DNA of 64,000 nucleotides from an uncultured delta proteobacterium (GTDB lineage: Bacteria > Myxococcota > Kuafuiibacteriia > Kuafuiibacteriales > Kuafuiibacteriaceae): the NCBI GenBank assembly GCA_963803435.1, contig CAWDML010000001.1:672001-736000 (forward strand), given 5' to 3'. The notes beneath the pieces are model-generated. The model saw only the letters and a list, made by a program, of their open reading frames with translations. It ran no database searches and was not told where the DNA came from. Of this stretch, positions 62,460 to 64,000 are shown in pieces. The position numbers were made by a program, and so were the translations under genes. Every line of letters starts with the position of its first letter. The stretch's first letter is position 1.

Positions 62460-64000
62460 ATGGCTTCGCTCATCGAAGACTACGGCTTGATCGGCAACCT
62501 CAACACCGCCGCGCTCGTCTCGAGCAACGGCTCCATCGACTGGCTTTGTGCGCCACGCTTCGATTCGGACGCATGCTTCTCGGCCGTCGTCGGCTACGAC
62601 ACGCACGGCCGCTGGGCGATCAATCCAACGGTCCCCGTCCGGGAGCGTCGCCCGCGATACCGCGGCGACACGCTCATTCTCGAGACCGAAGTCGTGTGCG
62701 ACGGCGGCGCTGTTCGGCTCATCGACTTCATGCCCATCGCCGACGGTCAGTGCCAGATCGTGCGCCTCGTCGAGGGCCTGGAAGGCGAAGTCCCGCTCGA
62801 GATGATGCTCGACGTTCGCTTCGGCTACGGCGCGAATACGCCCTGGCTGAGGCCCCTCGAGGGCGGCTATTCCTTCACCGCGGGTCCGGATGCCGCCTTC
62901 TTGCGGTCGGAGGTCGAGGTCGAGCCGGGGGACGGCGGTGTCAGCGCCTACTTCACGGTGAAGAAGGGCGAACGGAGGAGGTTCACGCTCAGCGTGAGTC
63001 CTTCGCACCTCGCCGATCCGCCCCCGGTCGATCCTGAGCGTGCGCTCGACGAGACCGAGCGCTACTGGCGAGAGTGGGCGGGCCGCTGCACCTACGTTGG
63101 GCCCTACCGTGACGCCGTGCTGCGCTCGCTCATCACGCTCAAGGCGCTCACCTACGCTCCGACCGGAGCGATCATCGCGGCACCGACCACCTCGTTGCCC
63201 GAGGCCTTGGGAGGGGTCCGCAACTGGGACTACCGCTTCTGCTGGTTGCGCGACACGAGCCTCACATTGAGCGCGCTGGTGCTGGGCGGCTACGTCGAGG
63301 AGGCCACGGCGTTCCGAGACTGGCTCTTGCGCGCCGTCGCCGGGAACCCGCGCGAGACGCAGATCATGTACGACATCAATGGGGGACGCCGGCTGACCGA
63401 GTTCGAGCTCGACTGGCTCCCTGGTTACGAGGACTCGAAGCCGGTGCGCATCGGCAATGCGGCCTCGGACCAGCTGCAGCTCGACGTCTTTGGCGAGGTG
63501 CTCGCAGCCGCCTACCTCGCGCGCAAGGCAGGCCTCCCTGCCCGCCCGGAGGCGTTTCCGGCTCGGCAGGCGCTGGTCCAATACGTGAGCGAAATCTGGC
63601 AACAACCCGACGACGGGATCTGGGAGGTCCGCAGCGGCCGCCGCCACTTCACGTACTCGAAGATCATGGCCTGGGTAGCGATCGACCGGGCGGTGCGACT
63701 CATCGAAGAGTTCGGGGACGGCGGCGCGGCCGGGGCCGAGCTCTTGCCGCGGCTGTCGGCACTGCGAAGCCGCATTCACGAGGAGATCTGTGCGAGGGGC
63801 TTCCACCCCGGCGTCGGCGCGTTCACGCAGTCCTACGGGAGCGCGGCGCTCGATGCCAGCGTGCTGCTCATGCCGCACATGGGCTTCCTGCCGGCTCACG
63901 ACCCGCGCGTGCAGGGGACGGTGCGCGCCGTCGAGCGCACCTTGCTGCGCGACGGCTTCGTCTTGCGTTACCAGACGGGTGAGCAAACGGACGGTCTGCC
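62460..64000 (+). CDS. Glycoside hydrolase family 15 (trehalase/glucoamylase-like), 3'-truncated by window edge
   Basis: Absent from the ORF track because it runs off the end. MASLIEDYGLIGN, IDWLC.PRFDS, AAPTTSLPE..GG.RNWDYR..W.RD, PVRIGN.A, QLDV.GE, GIWE.R. Confidence 0.93.
   Translation, partial: MASLIEDYGLIGNLNTAALVSSNGSIDWLCAPRFDSDACFSAVVGYDTHGRWAINPTVPVRERRPRYRGDTLILETEVVCDGGAVRLIDFMPIADGQCQIVRLVEGLEGEVPLEMMLDVRFGYGANTPWLRPLEGGYSFTAGPDAAFLRSEVEVEPGDGGVSAYFTVKKGERRRFTLSVSPSHLADPPPVDPERALDETERYWREWAGRCTYVGPYRDAVLRSLITLKALTYAPTGAIIAAPTTSLPEALGGVRNWDYRFCWLRDTSLTLSALVLGGYVEEATAFRDWLLRAVAGNPRETQIMYDINGGRRLTEFELDWLPGYEDSKPVRIGNAASDQLQLDVFGEVLAAAYLARKAGLPARPEAFPARQALVQYVSEIWQQPDDGIWEVRSGRRHFTYSKIMAWVAIDRAVRLIEEFGDGGAAGAELLPRLSALRSRIHEEICARGFHPGVGAFTQSYGSAALDASVLLMPHMGFLPAHDPRVQGTVRAVERTLLRDGFVLRYQTGEQTDGL

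Overview
High-GC bacterial DNA, most consistent with a Myxococcota/deltaproteobacterial genome or long-read MAG (AgmX/PglI-type domains, Hanks kinase, many lipoproteins, sigma54 promoters). Bases 1-37.9 kb look like core or accessory chromosome. This part holds methylmalonyl-CoA mutase and meaB, then a five-gene minus-strand operon resembling arsenosugar/rSAM-associated loci (DUF2064 glycosyltransferase-like protein, AhpD-like protein, flavoprotein, radical SAM enzyme, metallophosphoesterase). Next is a ~1.07 kb gene-free, hairpin-dense unit with its own promoter and terminator (candidate large ncRNA, my top finding), preceded by a phased DnaA-box-like array. Envelope, polysaccharide and signalling genes follow. 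Bases 38-64 kb form a carbohydrate-storage, fermentation and redox block: glycogen debranching enzyme, NodT-HlyD-RbbA-YhhJ exporter, ppk2, a Dyp peroxidase operon, HAD-transaldolase fusion, fba, ackA, SHB17-like phosphatase, phosphoketolase, glucokinase and GH15. Eight apparent +1 frameshifts all fall in a coding-strand GATCT motif, probably a sequencing artefact at a modified site. All family assignments come from recognising motifs by eye; no searches or folding computations were run.
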